From NCBI RefSeq assembly GCF_037042905.1, contig NC_087246.1, positions 9,984,001 through 10,048,000 on the forward strand: a DNA stretch of 64,000 bases, written 5' to 3'. The position numbers and the translations under genes were made by a program. Below are positions 25,360-38,578 of this stretch, piece by piece. The notes below the pieces were generated by a model, which had not been told where the DNA came from, searched no databases, and saw only the letters and a program-made list of their open reading frames with translations. Numbering within the stretch: position 1 is the first letter of the stretch; every line of letters starts with the position of its first letter. Source of the DNA: Lytechinus pictus (Eukaryota).

Positions 25360-25910
25360 CCGGGGGGGGCCACTTACATTGACGAGTGGATACCATGCGC
25401 GACCAAAAAAACACGTAAAAAGGATGTCCTTTTCACGATAGGGCACGTTACGTACGTAACGTGATAAGGGTGTCAAAAACACAAAAATAATGAAAAAAGG
25501 GTGTCTATTTCGCAAGGAAAATTACGTGTTTAGGGTCGAATTTGCGGGAATGATAAAACAAAATTAAAATGTTTTATAAAGGATGTCCATTTTGCCCCAA
25601 CACTTCGTGTTTAGAGTCCGATTTGCGCGAGGTGTAGAAGGTGGGGTCGTACTAAACCAAATAAGGTAAAGCCGACGACCGAAGGACCCGTAACAATAAA
25701 ACATTCCTGTACTTGTTTGGGGGTTCATTTCAGGGAATATTTGCAAAGAGTATCGTTTTGTTTCCAATACTTGTTAAAGGTAGGGTTTCACACGCCAATA
25801 CTTGTTAAGGGGTGCATTTTCAGAATATGGAAATTACGTGTTTAGGGTACTTTTCGAGACCCCATGGTCGCGCATGGTATCCACTCGTGAATGGAAGTGG
25901 CCCCCCCGGG
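25360..25910. mobile_element. CCCGG-ended MITE, 8-bp TSD
   Basis: CCGGGGGGGGCCACTTACATTGACGAGTGGATACCATGCGCGACCA / TGGTCGCGCATGGTATCCACTCGTGAATGGAAGTGGCCCCCCCGGG; ACTCTATA on both sides. Confidence 0.85.
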
Positions 25911-26932
25911 ACTCTATATCAACCAAAAGAGGAAGGAAGGCTTTTGAAAGATTTTTTTTCGTAAATTTTGCCAAATTGATCTTTGTTTCCTATTTATCTA
26001 AAGAAAATATTGCGAAGGAGAGTAATTAGTCCCTATCTCTAGTAGAGCCAAGGTAATTCATAACTGGTGCCCCTTAAATGCTATTTTAGAGAGGCACTGT
26101 GTTAATCATAAGCTGTAACACTGATACACTGATTTAACATCCTTTGGGATCAAACACAGGATGAAATTCCACATCCCCATTGACCCTAATTGCCCGATAG
26201 CTATCGAACAAATGATTGCAAATGGTCTTAGGTATCAATAATGATTAGGTTCATTGGAACCTGGTCACACGAACCTTACTCCTTGTTGGCTATCTGTGAT
26301 TGTCGGAAATTGACTTCATTAAAGCATAGAAAATAGGAAAAAGCCGAGAATCAAAGTCTGTAGAAACAAACTCTACTTGACATTTGATGCAATGAAAATG
26401 GCCCCAGTCCAATAATATTATTTATCCATCCAATAGAAGTTATGTCCAGAATTAAAACAACACTTAAACAACCCTTTCGATACATACAATCTATAAAAAC
26501 ACAATCTTTGATAGACTAAACTGCTTAGTATCGGAATATATGCTTAACCAGTACTAGCCGCCTAACAGGGGGGGGGGGGGGTCTAGAGTAAAGACTAGAC
26601 ACCAAAGGCTCCGTCATTAGTATAGCCAGCCACAGTACATAGTGGATCTAGTCTCACTACTTCAGACTCTGCATAATTGCCAAAACCAAGGATCTGTGCC
26701 TGCATCTTTTTTGACACCTCAAACAATCTCTGACGAAGTTCAGCACATGCGCAGTATTGATGTAAGTAAACATGCTTTTGTCTGCATCCCGCATGGTCAG
26801 CCAGCATACAGTAGGCCGATTATGAATACATTACTTGCTTCACGTATTTGCTCCTCAAAGCTTAGCAATGCAATTGCAGAGGCAGCACCACCAATTGGAA
26901 GGCTAGCCCCACTTATCAGGGTAAGATAGTAA

Positions 26933-27773
26933 GGGTGTGTTTATGCTTCCATTGCAGAGACAGAATCAGCATTTTTGAATGTCATTTCAGATCACCAATT
27001 GCAAACGTGGTTCTGGGAGTGCTGTTGATGCTTAATTTTTCACAGGCGATATCGCATTCTGCAGCTGGCTTCACATCGTAATTTTCGTTGAGCGGGAAAG
27101 TGATGTCAAATTTGGCGCGCCCTTTTTCTAAAGTTTTTTTTCCGAGTGTTGTTATGGTCAACTATTATTTTAACTTCAAACAATTTCTGATCTTCTTGTA
27201 ATTGCATGGAGCAAATTTACATAGCCATATAATTTCCACCGTAGTGAAGATAATAGTAAGAGAAAGTAAAGTACATATTAAGTATACATAAGAAAATAAA
27301 AAGACATCTGTTTATGCTACTGGGGCTTCTGGTTCAGCGATGTCTCCTCATCATAACCCATGTTCCGGTTTGTTTAATCCCTCAACATTCATTGTGATAG
27401 TACTTAATTTAATATTCACACAAGCAAATGTACATTGGTCATGATTAAAACCAGAGAGTTGAGAGGTAATTCCGAGGAGGTAACTCCCTGTAATATAACC
27501 ACACAACTGTATTGCCCGCAGATTTTCATCTCTCTGGAACCATGTACCAAATGACATCATTTAAACACGTTTACGGTCGTGGTCCTTTTTACACTTCCCC
27601 AGAAACCCTGATTCTGGTGAAACAATGTTTCTAAACGCACCTTTTTGTAGGTTTATGAACGGTGTTCTGAAACGTCATTTAAATGAAAGTAAGCATGGAC
27701 ACAACCGTGTTTTGAACTAACCACGTATGAAAACGCTGATTCTGGCCTGAAAAGTGGAAGCATAAACACGCCT
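26933..27773. mobile_element. Harbinger-type non-autonomous element
   Basis: TAA|GGGTGTGTTTATGCTTCCA...TGGAAGCATAAACACGCCT|TAA. Confidence 0.8.
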
Positions 27774-29334
27774 TAAGAATAACATCATATCATGTTATGC
27801 AGGGCCTAGTGCTGGGCGATCAGTTCATCAAGAGCCGAAATGGCTACCCTGGATAACTAGGAATCATTATCAAATTAAATCTTGATAAGACATAGCCTAT
27901 AATCTAGGCAATGCATCAGCAATACGTCTGATGTGGAAGATTATGCACAGTAGTGAAGCAGCAAACCTTTATAGGCCTACTCTGGTCTTTTGATACTTGT
28001 TGTTTTCTTTTTATAGAAAGTTTCTCTTTGCCAAGAACCTGCACCAAATCCTGGTCAATTAAAAAAATTATAATTTTGTTGAAGATCAACTAAGGATCAC
28101 AGAAAAAGCTGTCTTTTCTAACATTCCTGTAATATATGCTTCAATAGGAAATAATCTTCCAGGGAAACCAAACATATGATATTATTATGATAGACGGGTG
28201 GTCCTTCTACGCAGGTGTTCCCTAAGACTTTAATAATGTATTCAAATCAGCGATTCTTATTCAGGATTCTGGATTAACTGCCTGAATGCATCTAAAATCA
28301 ATCACTTTACATCCACTTTGCTTGGACAGTAGTACTGGGCAGGTCACGAATGCAACATATTGATTTTCTTCTTCTGCATACAACCGAACGTCCAAGAAAT
28401 TGATTTCGGGCAATTTTGGATGCCATTACCTTTTCAAAGATATAATCAGTGCATCAATATCAAGCCATTTGCAAATTAAATTTGCGCTTTCTTACAACAG
28501 CTGACTCCCTACCCAAGTAGTTGCGGATTTAGTAAGTTTATGTAAACCTAACTTTGTAAAATACTGAAATCTAAGCTGAAAAGCAAGCACTCTGAAGGTC
28601 TTCAACACAGGTATGCCCATGTGGGAATGTGTATTACTATTTATTGTCAAAAATTGCCAAGCAGGAAAGCCATGTTTGTTTGCTCATTTCTTAGCAGTTC
28701 ATGTGCTACGCTATGTGCGCAAGCGGGCTAGATTACCCATATAATGTTTATCAATTATTTCTTTTAAGTATACATTTTCCACAACAAATTGCAAGTTCAA
28801 GAATTCAAGTTCATTCATGAATACGTATTCGCACAGATAACTCAACCTAGTGGAACGAAAAAATCCAACATGAAGGTGCAGCATTTTAAACTTTATTATA
28901 CACCATCTCATTTCAGTGAAAATTGTGATGCAGGAATGACAGGAACTAGATCCCAACACGGCCAATGCATACACATACAGTCCAGTGTCTATGAAATAAT
29001 GCAGTCTGGACTTTGACATTTGGTGTGTACAATTAGGTAATAATATCAAAAGTATTGATTAGTTTAGATCATTTTTATAAAGCCAGTATCTCCAATTACC
29101 AACTTTCAAACTGAATAATTGGCACACAACAAACCCAACATTTATACAGCCATTTTATTGGATTTTGTTTGAACTCATATTGAGATAGTTACAACAGTTT
29201 GAACTTGCCTTTAATTTAAAAAAAACGTCTAGGTTCCTTTTAACAACAATGGGGTAATAACGATGTTCCACTTTCATCAATATAGGTTTCCAAAAATAAT
29301 GTAGCTTTAATATGACATATTCAATCTAGTACTC

Positions 29335-30110
29335 AAAAGTAGAATGCCTCTGGCAGTCTTGCCGATATTATACAATTCAATATAACAGCAGTGCTCACTT
29401 TGAAACAACTAAGATGATTGATTTTTCACAAAAGTGGAAGAAAAAGACATTCACTTAATAAAACACTAAGTTCAATGAGCTTTGACCTTGACTGAGCAAC
29501 TTTTTATTCATTTCTAATTATTTTTAATATCAAATAACAATCTCATAAAAGTTTATATCAATTCTCATCCAAGTTAATTACCTTTAACCATGACCCAGTG
29601 ATATAAATATTAAACTCATCTAATTTCCAATACCTGTTAATCACTGTATCCAAATTATACAGATTCATTATTTCTTAAGAAATCAAACTCTTTTAAGTTG
29701 ACATTAGTTTAATTACTGCCAAATTACCTTTGACCTATGCAGAGTGACCTGAATTTTCATTCATCTACATGTATTTGCCAATACTACATAATTATAGCAA
29801 TTATGCAAAAGGGACGTATACTTTCAATCTAATCTTGAAAATTCAAAATTATAACCTTGGTTAGTTTTTTACGTAGACAACACAACATGATCAAAGTTTA
29901 TTGACCCTAAATGAGCTCTGACCCTGGTAGACTAACCTGAAACTCATGCAAAAAAGATTAAACTGATAATTTATTAGCCTTTTGACAGTTTCGTTATTAT
30001 TTTTTTTAATGTTTGATACCATAACATTGTCAAAGTTCAGTGATCTTCGACTTTGATAGACTGACCTGAAACTCATGCCAAATGATCAAACTGATAATTT
30101 ACTACCATTA
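29335..30110 (+). mobile_element. Degenerate Helentron-associated (HINE-like) repeat
   Basis: aaaagtagaatgcctctggcagtc start followed by recurring tgacc(t/c)t(t)gac..gacctgaaactcatgc units. Confidence 0.45.
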
Positions 30111-31711
30111 TAATATTTATATCAAATTTTCCTGAAATAGGTGCCTATTTATGAAACAGCTTTTTACCATTTTAATTACTATAAACAGGCTAGTTGAAGA
30201 CTGGCTCGCTTGGTAGTTGCGTCGGGGTTACTGTGCATCATCAGAGAACATTTTTTACCAACTTTTTGTATTGCCTGAAGAGTATAATTTTATGTTTATG
30301 AAACCTCTTGGCTCAAGGTTTTCGGTATTTTAGCACAATATCCAGTAATACACTTTGACATATCTATCCTCTATAGCAAATTAAGACATTATTGAGCACT
30401 GTCTTGAAACTTATCAATATTCTTGTTGACAAATTTATGTTGAATGCTTACATCATTGATTAGTTGCCGATGTTCATAATAAAACAGATAGATAACAATA
30501 CAAATACCAATTTTTACTAAAAACATGAAAATTTGGACAAAAAATCTAATTTTTCCCAAACACTATCACCCAGACTATCCAGAAAAAATTGCATTCAATT
30601 TCTACCATCAAATCATAATGAAAAACACATTTATATAAACTTTTCCAATCATCTGGGCAAAAGTATGAAAATTACTTTTTCATGAAAAATCCAAGATGGC
30701 CACCAAAATCGTCAATTTTAACCCCATGAGACACGATTTGGCAAATGGAACATCAAGATTCATTAAATAGACACTTCAGGCAATACAGAAAAGTTGATTA
30801 AAAAACTCTCTCTCATGCACCACAGGAGAGTTTATGTTTAATAAGTTATCATGAAGCACTTAAGTTTTGCAGTACTTCAAATTCAAGTGCACTTCCATAA
30901 ATGCCTTCTGGTGCACTTGACGCCCATTTAAAGAAAGCGTGCTCGGAGGGTCATTGAGTATTTACTACACGTGGCCCAGTAAAGCAAAGATTTGTAAAAT
31001 TCACAAAATGGCAACCACCAATCACGATCAAATTTGAATACCCATATCATTTTAGCGTAAACATTATTGGTGGATAAATATACCATTGATTGGGAGTTAT
31101 CATGTAGTACAGTGTGTATAAAAAAAAACAATTTACACTTGTAATATCCTGATGTTTTTTCAATATTACTGTATTGGTATAGGTCTCTTTATATATATGC
31201 CTTGCACAAAAACTGGAAAGATTTATATATAGATGAAAGTGGACCTAAATGAAGAACTCATGCACTTTAGCTAAGTCTTGCAGATTGATTTGTAGATATT
31301 TCCCTTTTTAAAACCTCTTCCCTTGCCCAACTCAATCAATCAAGCCACACTGCCCCCCACCTTCATGTAGACAATTAAGACATAAGTAGCAGTTTACTGC
31401 ATGAAATAGGCTTGAATTTTTTTTTATACTTTACTTGGTTTCCCTTTTTCTTGTTATAGTCATGGTTGGGAAAGCATAGAGAAATGCATATGAAATGAAA
31501 ACCCATTATCAAACGACAAAATGTAATCAAGAAAACTGCTACAGATGTTTGAAATGAACTTTTGAATATGTTTCATTTTATGTCACCTCAGATCCAGCTG
31601 TCACAAACAACCCAAAATTATGTTTACCTATATAGGATTAAAAATGTGAATTTTTGTAGCAATGTTGTTCAAATATTAAAGTTGCAATGTATTATTTTTA
31701 TTTTTATGAAT

Positions 31712-32144
31712 AAACAAGAGTGTCGCTAAGGCGAGCACAAACGACGCCCATCTGTAACACGGAAAATTGAGTTATTGGTCAAGCAAGAAAAGTAGAAGGT
31801 GGTGACTTCACCTTTGACCTTCTGGCCTCAAAATCAATAGAATTGCTAGGATCCATGCTAGTATCATATACACAAAATTATATGAGCCTAGGTTAAGTTA
31901 AACTGAAGTTATCGCATTTACAAGGACTGCAGAAGGGTAAGATGAAAATATGTCACTGTGACCCTGACCTTTGACCTTTTGCCCTCAAAATCAATAGGCT
32001 TCCTGGGATCTATGCTAGTATCATACACACCAAATTATATGAGCCTAGATTAAGTTTAACTGGAGTTATCGCGTTTACAAGGAAAAGTTAATGGACAGAC
32101 AGACAGACGGATGGACACCGAGCGTGATACCATAATACGTCCCC
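31712..32144 (+). mobile_element. Helentron-associated (DINE-1/HINE-like) element
   Basis: AAACAAGAG start; two ~157-bp tandem units (cctttgacct..ctcaaaatcaatag at 31811 and 31968); (GACA)n microsatellite; ataatacgtccc end. Confidence 0.7.
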
Positions 32145-32556
32145 ACATTCAGATTCATGCACAAGTTCCTGTGCAAATCTTCTCTGACATGCCTTAATAT
32201 TTATTGTTAATAAAATGACATGCATGAACGGTTTGCCAAGTTTTTGGTCTAATATCAAGGAAGAGAATCCACTCTTTTCAATAAGAGTCAAATTTGTAAT
32301 AAAAACCCATTTCACAGTTGTGAAATCCATCTCTGAAAACAAGCTTCCTTTTTTTGTGGGACGCATGTATAGTATAGATCCAAAGTATTCTTATTACCAA
32401 TTCTTCCCTTTCCTTTTTTGTCCTCCTGATATCCTTCTTCGCGTTCCTCCTCTTCATCAATTTTTCCTTTCTGTTTTATTCTATTTCCCCTTTTTTGCCA
32501 CAGGGCCTATTGCTTTTCCTATTATAAACTTATTCTGAAGGTATCAAAATTATTAA

Positions 32557-32837
32557 AGGCCCGGTCCCACTGGCCGACTGACACAAAACATATTCATAAA
32601 GGATACAGCGGACAAGCGAAAATTTGGGGGTGCCTCCATTCGTTTTCTTCCGCTCCAGACAATGGACAAAATGGGCGAACAATGAAATCACACAGGACAG
32701 ATGCTCGATGGATATAGAGCGTATGAAACACGTATGCAAAGAGTATACAACGGATACATAACGTTTCCAAACAGATGGCAAAATTATTTTCCGTTTTACA
32801 TCCTCTCTGCATCCCTTAGTGCAGTGGGACAAAACAT
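32557..32837. mobile_element. Harbinger-type MITE
   Basis: TAA|AGGCCCGGTCCCACTG...CAGTGGGACAAAACAT|TAA. Confidence 0.65.
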
Positions 32838-33056
32838 TAATTACATGAAATAATTCCATCACAAGAACAGTATTTATCTCACAACAAGCTGAGCTAGATC
32901 CTATTTCACATCTTAAGTGATTGCCTTAAATATGTATAGTTTTGTTATTTTCAATGAATTCTGGTGCAATCAATTATATACCAACTTGCCATTCCTCTAC
33001 CTTTAAAATGCTTTTCTGTTTCTTCCAGCAGGATTTTCTCCATTGGCTACCCAACA

Positions 33057-34156
33057 ATGATGACACCTAATGCAACGATGGCATCACTGGATCTACAAAA
33101 TATCACAAGTTCTTCAAATACTGTTACGTCAGGGGTTGTATCTGTCTTTGACGGGAATGAGAAGCATATGACCATAATTTCTGTGCTCTATATCATCATC
33201 ACCATCGTAGGAATGGTGGGGAACATATTTGTATTGGTTGCCGTGGTACTTTCGAGGAAGCTTCACACATTTACCAATGTTTTTGTGGTAATCTGAGTTT
33301 ATTTGATTTCTTGACTTGCTTCGCATTGCCCTTCCAGGCTGTTGGCATCATGGCAACCGATGGCTGGCCACTACCTCCTGCCATATGTACTATCATCTCA
33401 GCTATGGCTATAGTTACACAGTCTGGGAGTGTCATGACACTGGCCCTGATTGGAATCAATCGCTACCTCCACATCGTCAAACCAAAGGAAGTCTACTTCA
33501 AAGTCTACACTCACTTTAAGGTTGGAATTATGATAGGCAGCACGTGGCTCTTTCCTACTCTCTTTCTAGTAGGACCACAGTTTATTCCGGGCATTGGATC
33601 ATTGAGATATAGTGAGAAGTTCAAGGTCTGCATGTGGGATACCAACTGCAAGTTAGCCATTATTCTCCAGTGTATGGGTGCCATAGTATTCATTATATCA
33701 ACCTTCATTATCATCTCCTGCTACTCGGCCATTTATCTCTTCATCCGCAAGCACTTCAAAGACTCCAATACCTCACTGCAGATAAACCTCAATCTTCCAG
33801 GTAACAATCATCATCCGGCCAACCTCGTTCCACAAGGAACAACCATAATGAACAAACGACAGATTCAAATCACAAAGAACCTTGGCTTGCTCATGTTGGT
33901 TTTCTTTGCTTGTGTTCTTCCCTACACCTGCATACTCATATTACCTACCAGACAGGTTGCAGGGATCTACATTGCCATGCTCTTTATTCTTCCATCTGCC
34001 ATCAATCCCATCCTCTATGCAGCCAAACATCCTCACTTCAAAGACGTCTTCAGCTGCATGGTGCACTGCAGATATTCTGCCATTCCATTGCCTTCTACAT
34101 TACTCAAGAAAATACTGAAACTTTCATCAAGAAGAAGAATCCCTTCAACAAATTAA
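33057..34156 (+). CDS. Class A (rhodopsin-family) GPCR, NRY-type (melatonin-receptor/moody/Tre1-like), intronless CDS with a 1-nt frameshift at ~33290 (pseudogene or assembly indel)
   Basis: ORFs 32964..33296 and 33311..34156 join into a ~366-aa 7TM protein if one A is restored in GTGGTA(A)ATCTG. Motifs: TM1 GN, SRKLHTFTNVFVVNLSxxD, NRY after TM3, ECL2 Cys (CMWD), TM6 FFACVLP, TM7 NPILY, N-terminal NxS/T sequons. A splice acceptor (cttttctgtttcttccag) ends at 33028. Confidence 0.9.
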
Positions 34157-34329
34157 GTAGAGTGACCATAACTGGACTCTGTCATATTGCTGCAGGAGCG
34201 ACAAATCTCACATCCATGAAAAAGAAAATGTAAAATGTTGAACATAATTCTTTTAAAATCCATGGCTACCACACTGTGTGCAATGGGATACCACGTTTGT
34301 TTGTACTCAGCTTGAAAAGCTGAAGTGAT

Positions 34330-34972
34330 ATAAAGCTTTATATTCCGCATACTAAGAATCTTGCTATAGGATTGGTCAGAAGTCAATCAAGGGATAAAAG
34401 GTAGTTTCTCAATCAACCATCACTCGCAATGATGGACTTTCTTTGTTTCGCTGATCTTTCTCAGCCCACAGGGTCATAATGCATTATGAATTAGTTTGAG
34501 TACGCACAAATTTTGCCAGTCGGGTCCATCTTTCTCCATCACCTGCAGTGACGATCGCGCAAGATCTAAATGGGAGCACACAATGTACATACAAACAAAA
34601 AAGTGCATTGCCCCTCGATTGTTTTGTTGTGATGATCAAGTTCCTTTGTGAGGTCACAATAAATCTTACTGGAGCAAGATCTTGGATGCTTGCGCCCAGT
34701 TTATATACGTGCTAGCATTAAAACAAGCATAATTGTCTCGATTTTTTTCAGATGAAACCTTGATTTAAAAAAAAATATTCTTATAGAGATGCATTGATAT
34801 CAGTTTCTTCATTCAAAGCGGTTCTCGATGCGGAATATAAAGCATATATTCAATTCACCTCTTGATTTCAGCTGATGAGGCTACACTTCGGAAAGAAAGC
34901 TACATCCAGCTTGCCTCGTGAGTGATAGTTTGCACCTCAACTTCACCAACAGTGATAATTTGCTTAATAACC
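34330..34972 (+). mobile_element. Crypton-like non-autonomous element just 3' of the first GPCR
   Basis: 16-bp IR gctttatattccgcat (34335) / atgcggaatataaagc (34828), GATTGG near the 5' end, degenerate 3' hairpin region with gcctcgt. Confidence 0.55.
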
Positions 34973-36640
34973 CTCATTGCAGATCATTTTTGTTGCAAAT
35001 TTTATGACATTGTGCTAATTATGAGCATGCTCTTCGGTTGTTGTTTGCACAGAACATGCCTGCATTCTGCTCCTACATGGACATGAATATGGCCCAAACC
35101 TGTTCCAGATTATATGTAAAAAACAAACTGAAGCTACCTTCTTTGGGCATTGTGATCTGAACTGTAGCATGTGTCTTCTTTCATTTGATTATTGTAAATG
35201 TACTTTGAAGTCTATCACTTTTTTGGGGTTCCCGCATATGAAAACATCCATCCCAATAGGCTTGCCAAAGTGTCACATTAAGTTGAGTTGAGTTGAGTTT
35301 ATCAATAACATGAACATATTTACATGGATGAATATATATGTATTATACATATTTATATGAATGTGTTTGTATAACATGAATCATATAAATGCTATTTATA
35401 ACATAAGCATAGTCTATATAAAAGCATAATATGATACCGCATGTGATATCAGCATAAACGAAAGAGTAACATGTGGTTTGTCTTGATGCAATTTTAACCT
35501 GACAAGGAGCAAATCACCATAAGAATTGATCGTATGCATGAACATAAATTATAAATGGTATGGGTGATTATGTACCAAAAGAACCAAAAGTTAGCACAAG
35601 TGCTAACATTGTTTTTAAACTTGGATTTTACGATTATCTTACCATTTTTTTATTTTTTTCAGTGCTGTAAGAATGATTCAGTAAAGGCCACCTTTTAATA
35701 ATTCATGGACAGGACTTGCAGTTCTCATCAAAAAGAACATTTAGAGAACATCTGGCAGGGGAGGGGTGTTTCATCAACATTACAATCTGACAAGTGGTAA
35801 CAATGTGACCCCAAAACAACTGCAAAGTCCATAATGATACACATTTTTCTGCATGCAGTCCATATTACTCAGTCAGATATATATGATCATTTAAATACAT
35901 CACTTGTCTGTCTTTCTGTTACAATTTTCATTGACCAAATAACATGGAGCAGATTCTTCCACAATTCAATCTCATTGCAATGATTTGTGCTTTATATTTT
36001 ACTGAGCAATTTCCAAGCAAAATACTGGATAGAGCAATTTAGTGTACAGTACACCCACAAAGCAAAAAACCCTTTTGGAGTCAAGGAAGTCACATTCAAA
36101 ATTAATTCATATCAACACAAGAGGGCACTCTCCCATTACTGATTCAGATTATCATTGAATATCATAGCAAAGACTAATGGGAGTGAATTTGCAAAAATAT
36201 TAAGAGAATGAAAACGGCATCAAAGGGAGTTATATTGTACATTTTGAATGATTCATTTGTTTTCATGTTTGGTAAAAGGATGGAGTATCCCATGGGTAAT
36301 AAATGAATTCATATGACACAAGGGTGCTATTTCATAACTAATTCAGAATGTATATCATATCAAAACCTTCTGGGATTGATTGTATTTTGATCAGGTATAT
36401 ATTCCAAATAAATGTAAATAATAATCAAAGCGATAGAGCCTCGTCAATTTGGCTGCTGGGCCCACAATCAATTGGGCAAAACAAATGTTCAGAGTATTTC
36501 ATTTCATGTCTATTCCGAACAATAAAATATGGATTTTTTTTTCAGAACAAAGTTTAGGCAGAATAACACATTCTAATTTCACTTCATGACTGTTATAGGG
36601 GATACACAATTATTCATTCTAATACCAATTGAGCATTGAA

Positions 36641-37032
36641 AGGGGTACTCCGGGATGGAAATAATTATATCTAAACGGTGTAAAATTCTCCAAGAAAAAT
36701 GCTTAAAATTTCATCAAATAAGAGATAACAACTTTACTGAATTTTAAAGTTCAGCAATATTTTGAGAAAACAGTTTATGCACGCTGTCATGATATTTAAG
36801 AGATGGGCTGATGATGACACATCCCCATTTTATTTTTTCTGATGTTATATGATATCATAATTATTTCATACATAATACATAGAATAGAACTGTTTCTCCA
36901 AAATAATGCAAATCTTAAAAATGCCATAACTTTGTTATTCCTTGTCCAATCTTGATCAAATTTTCAGTGTTTTGTTTGTCTGATTTTTCTTAATCTGTCC
37001 AAATCATATCATTTCTAGCCTGGAGTACCCCT
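36641..37032. mobile_element. Kolobok-type MITE (family A variant)
   Basis: AGGGGTACTCCGGG...CCTGGAGTACCCCT ends; body similar to the 1511 family. Confidence 0.75.
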
Positions 37033-38556
37033 TACATGGGAGAGTAACAAATATGGCTGCACATCACCACAAGAGGGGGATATGCAATCACTGATTCAGC
37101 ATTTGATTGAATATCACATCAAAGCTTGTTGGGCTCACATGAGTATTACAGACCCCCATTCACTCACGTTTTAAATCATAGCTCATCAAAAATCAATCCC
37201 ACGATAGATTTTGCTTTAATTAACTGACATTAGTCACAGTTAACAGTACATTAAACTTGATATGTTAATCGGGTACTTGTCTAGCTCAATCAATAGTTAA
37301 ATGGCCTGAAATAAGACTAACCATAATTTCAGCCAGTTCATTGCCAGAAAAACCTGAACAGCATTATGGGTTATAATAATTAAAATGAAATACAAAAATG
37401 CAATCTAGCATCCCCAAAGGCCTTAATAATGAAAGAGTATGAACATGACATTGTTTCTATTTATATTTATATTTTGATATACAAACATTTTGTCTATTTT
37501 TAATGAATTATTTTAATCAATAAAGTCATGTGATCTTTACTTACGCCTGTCCGGCATGCTTTGCGCACGGATGAATTACTCTCATGTGCCCTGTTGAGGA
37601 GTGAAGGTGTGATACATTAAAACTACAGACTAAAACCATCTGCAAAAATCTCACAAACCAAGTTTAAAAAAAGAAGAATATTATCATTAATAACTAACCA
37701 TCAAGTTATAAAGCTGAAAGACAAGTTTGCATGTATATTTTTGTATTTATAAAACACTGATGAGTATTTTTTTTAATCTAAAAAGTTGCTTGATCATCAG
37801 TAGTTCAGACTGTATTTGAATGTCAAAGAATAACCTGTTGTGACTTGTGAATGATTTTATTTTGATCTGGCACGCAATAAAAAAAAATCATGCAAAATAA
37901 AAACAAATAACAGCTAATACACATTTAATATACTTCATTTTATATCTGTTTTGGGGGGCACACATTCATAAATTCTAGTATTAGTTATGAATTAGAATAA
38001 TGACATGCACACTTGAGGGAAGGGGATTTATGAAAAATTGAAAAGGCTTTCAGTCAGGGCTTTCTTCATATTCTGATACTGGGAAAAATGAAAAGTGCCT
38101 TAATTCTTTACTTCTGATGCTAGTTTCCTCTGAATAAACCTTCAAGTGTTTATTTCTTTTGGGTTTAATTGTGTGTTTGTTATCGTTTTTAGTTATACTC
38201 TAAAAAAAATCTCCCATGAAAATGGTATGTTGTGGCACCTGTCATTGCTCGAGATCTTATCCCTAAATGGTACCATATTTAGCCCCTAAAATATTTTTCA
38301 AAATAGCCCTCAACTCAAGAAAAAGCCTCCGTCCATTACCACTGAGTTACAAACATTACATAGTTCAGAATGAACAGAAGTCTGAAAATGGCGAATTATA
38401 GCCCCCCCCCCCCCCCATGACATCAATCTCTTCCGCCTATGTCCTTTCTCCATATCTGGTATCTGTAGATTATGAAATATCTGCAAGAAAGTCAATAGTG
38501 CTAGCATTGGTAGTTTTGTAGAAACCAGACAAAATTGGTAGCAGTTTGAATCTCAC

Positions 38557-38578
38557 CTTTCCTGTTCCAGAGACAAAT
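38557..38578 (-). other. Candidate 22-nt microexon
   Basis: Minus strand reads tactgat (branch-like) attcactttttcctttactctag|ATTTGTCTCTGGAACAGGAAAG|gtgaga. It is open in phase 1 ((G)AT TTG TCT CTG GAA CAG GAA AG). Confidence 0.45.

Noticed and set aside
26027..26597. Second Academ-like element ending gtctagagtaaagacta
   Set aside because: The left end matches only weakly and there is no TSD.
34872..34900. Hammerhead core CTGATGAG...GAAA
   Set aside because: No convincing stems I-III could be paired; it sits inside a Crypton-like element.
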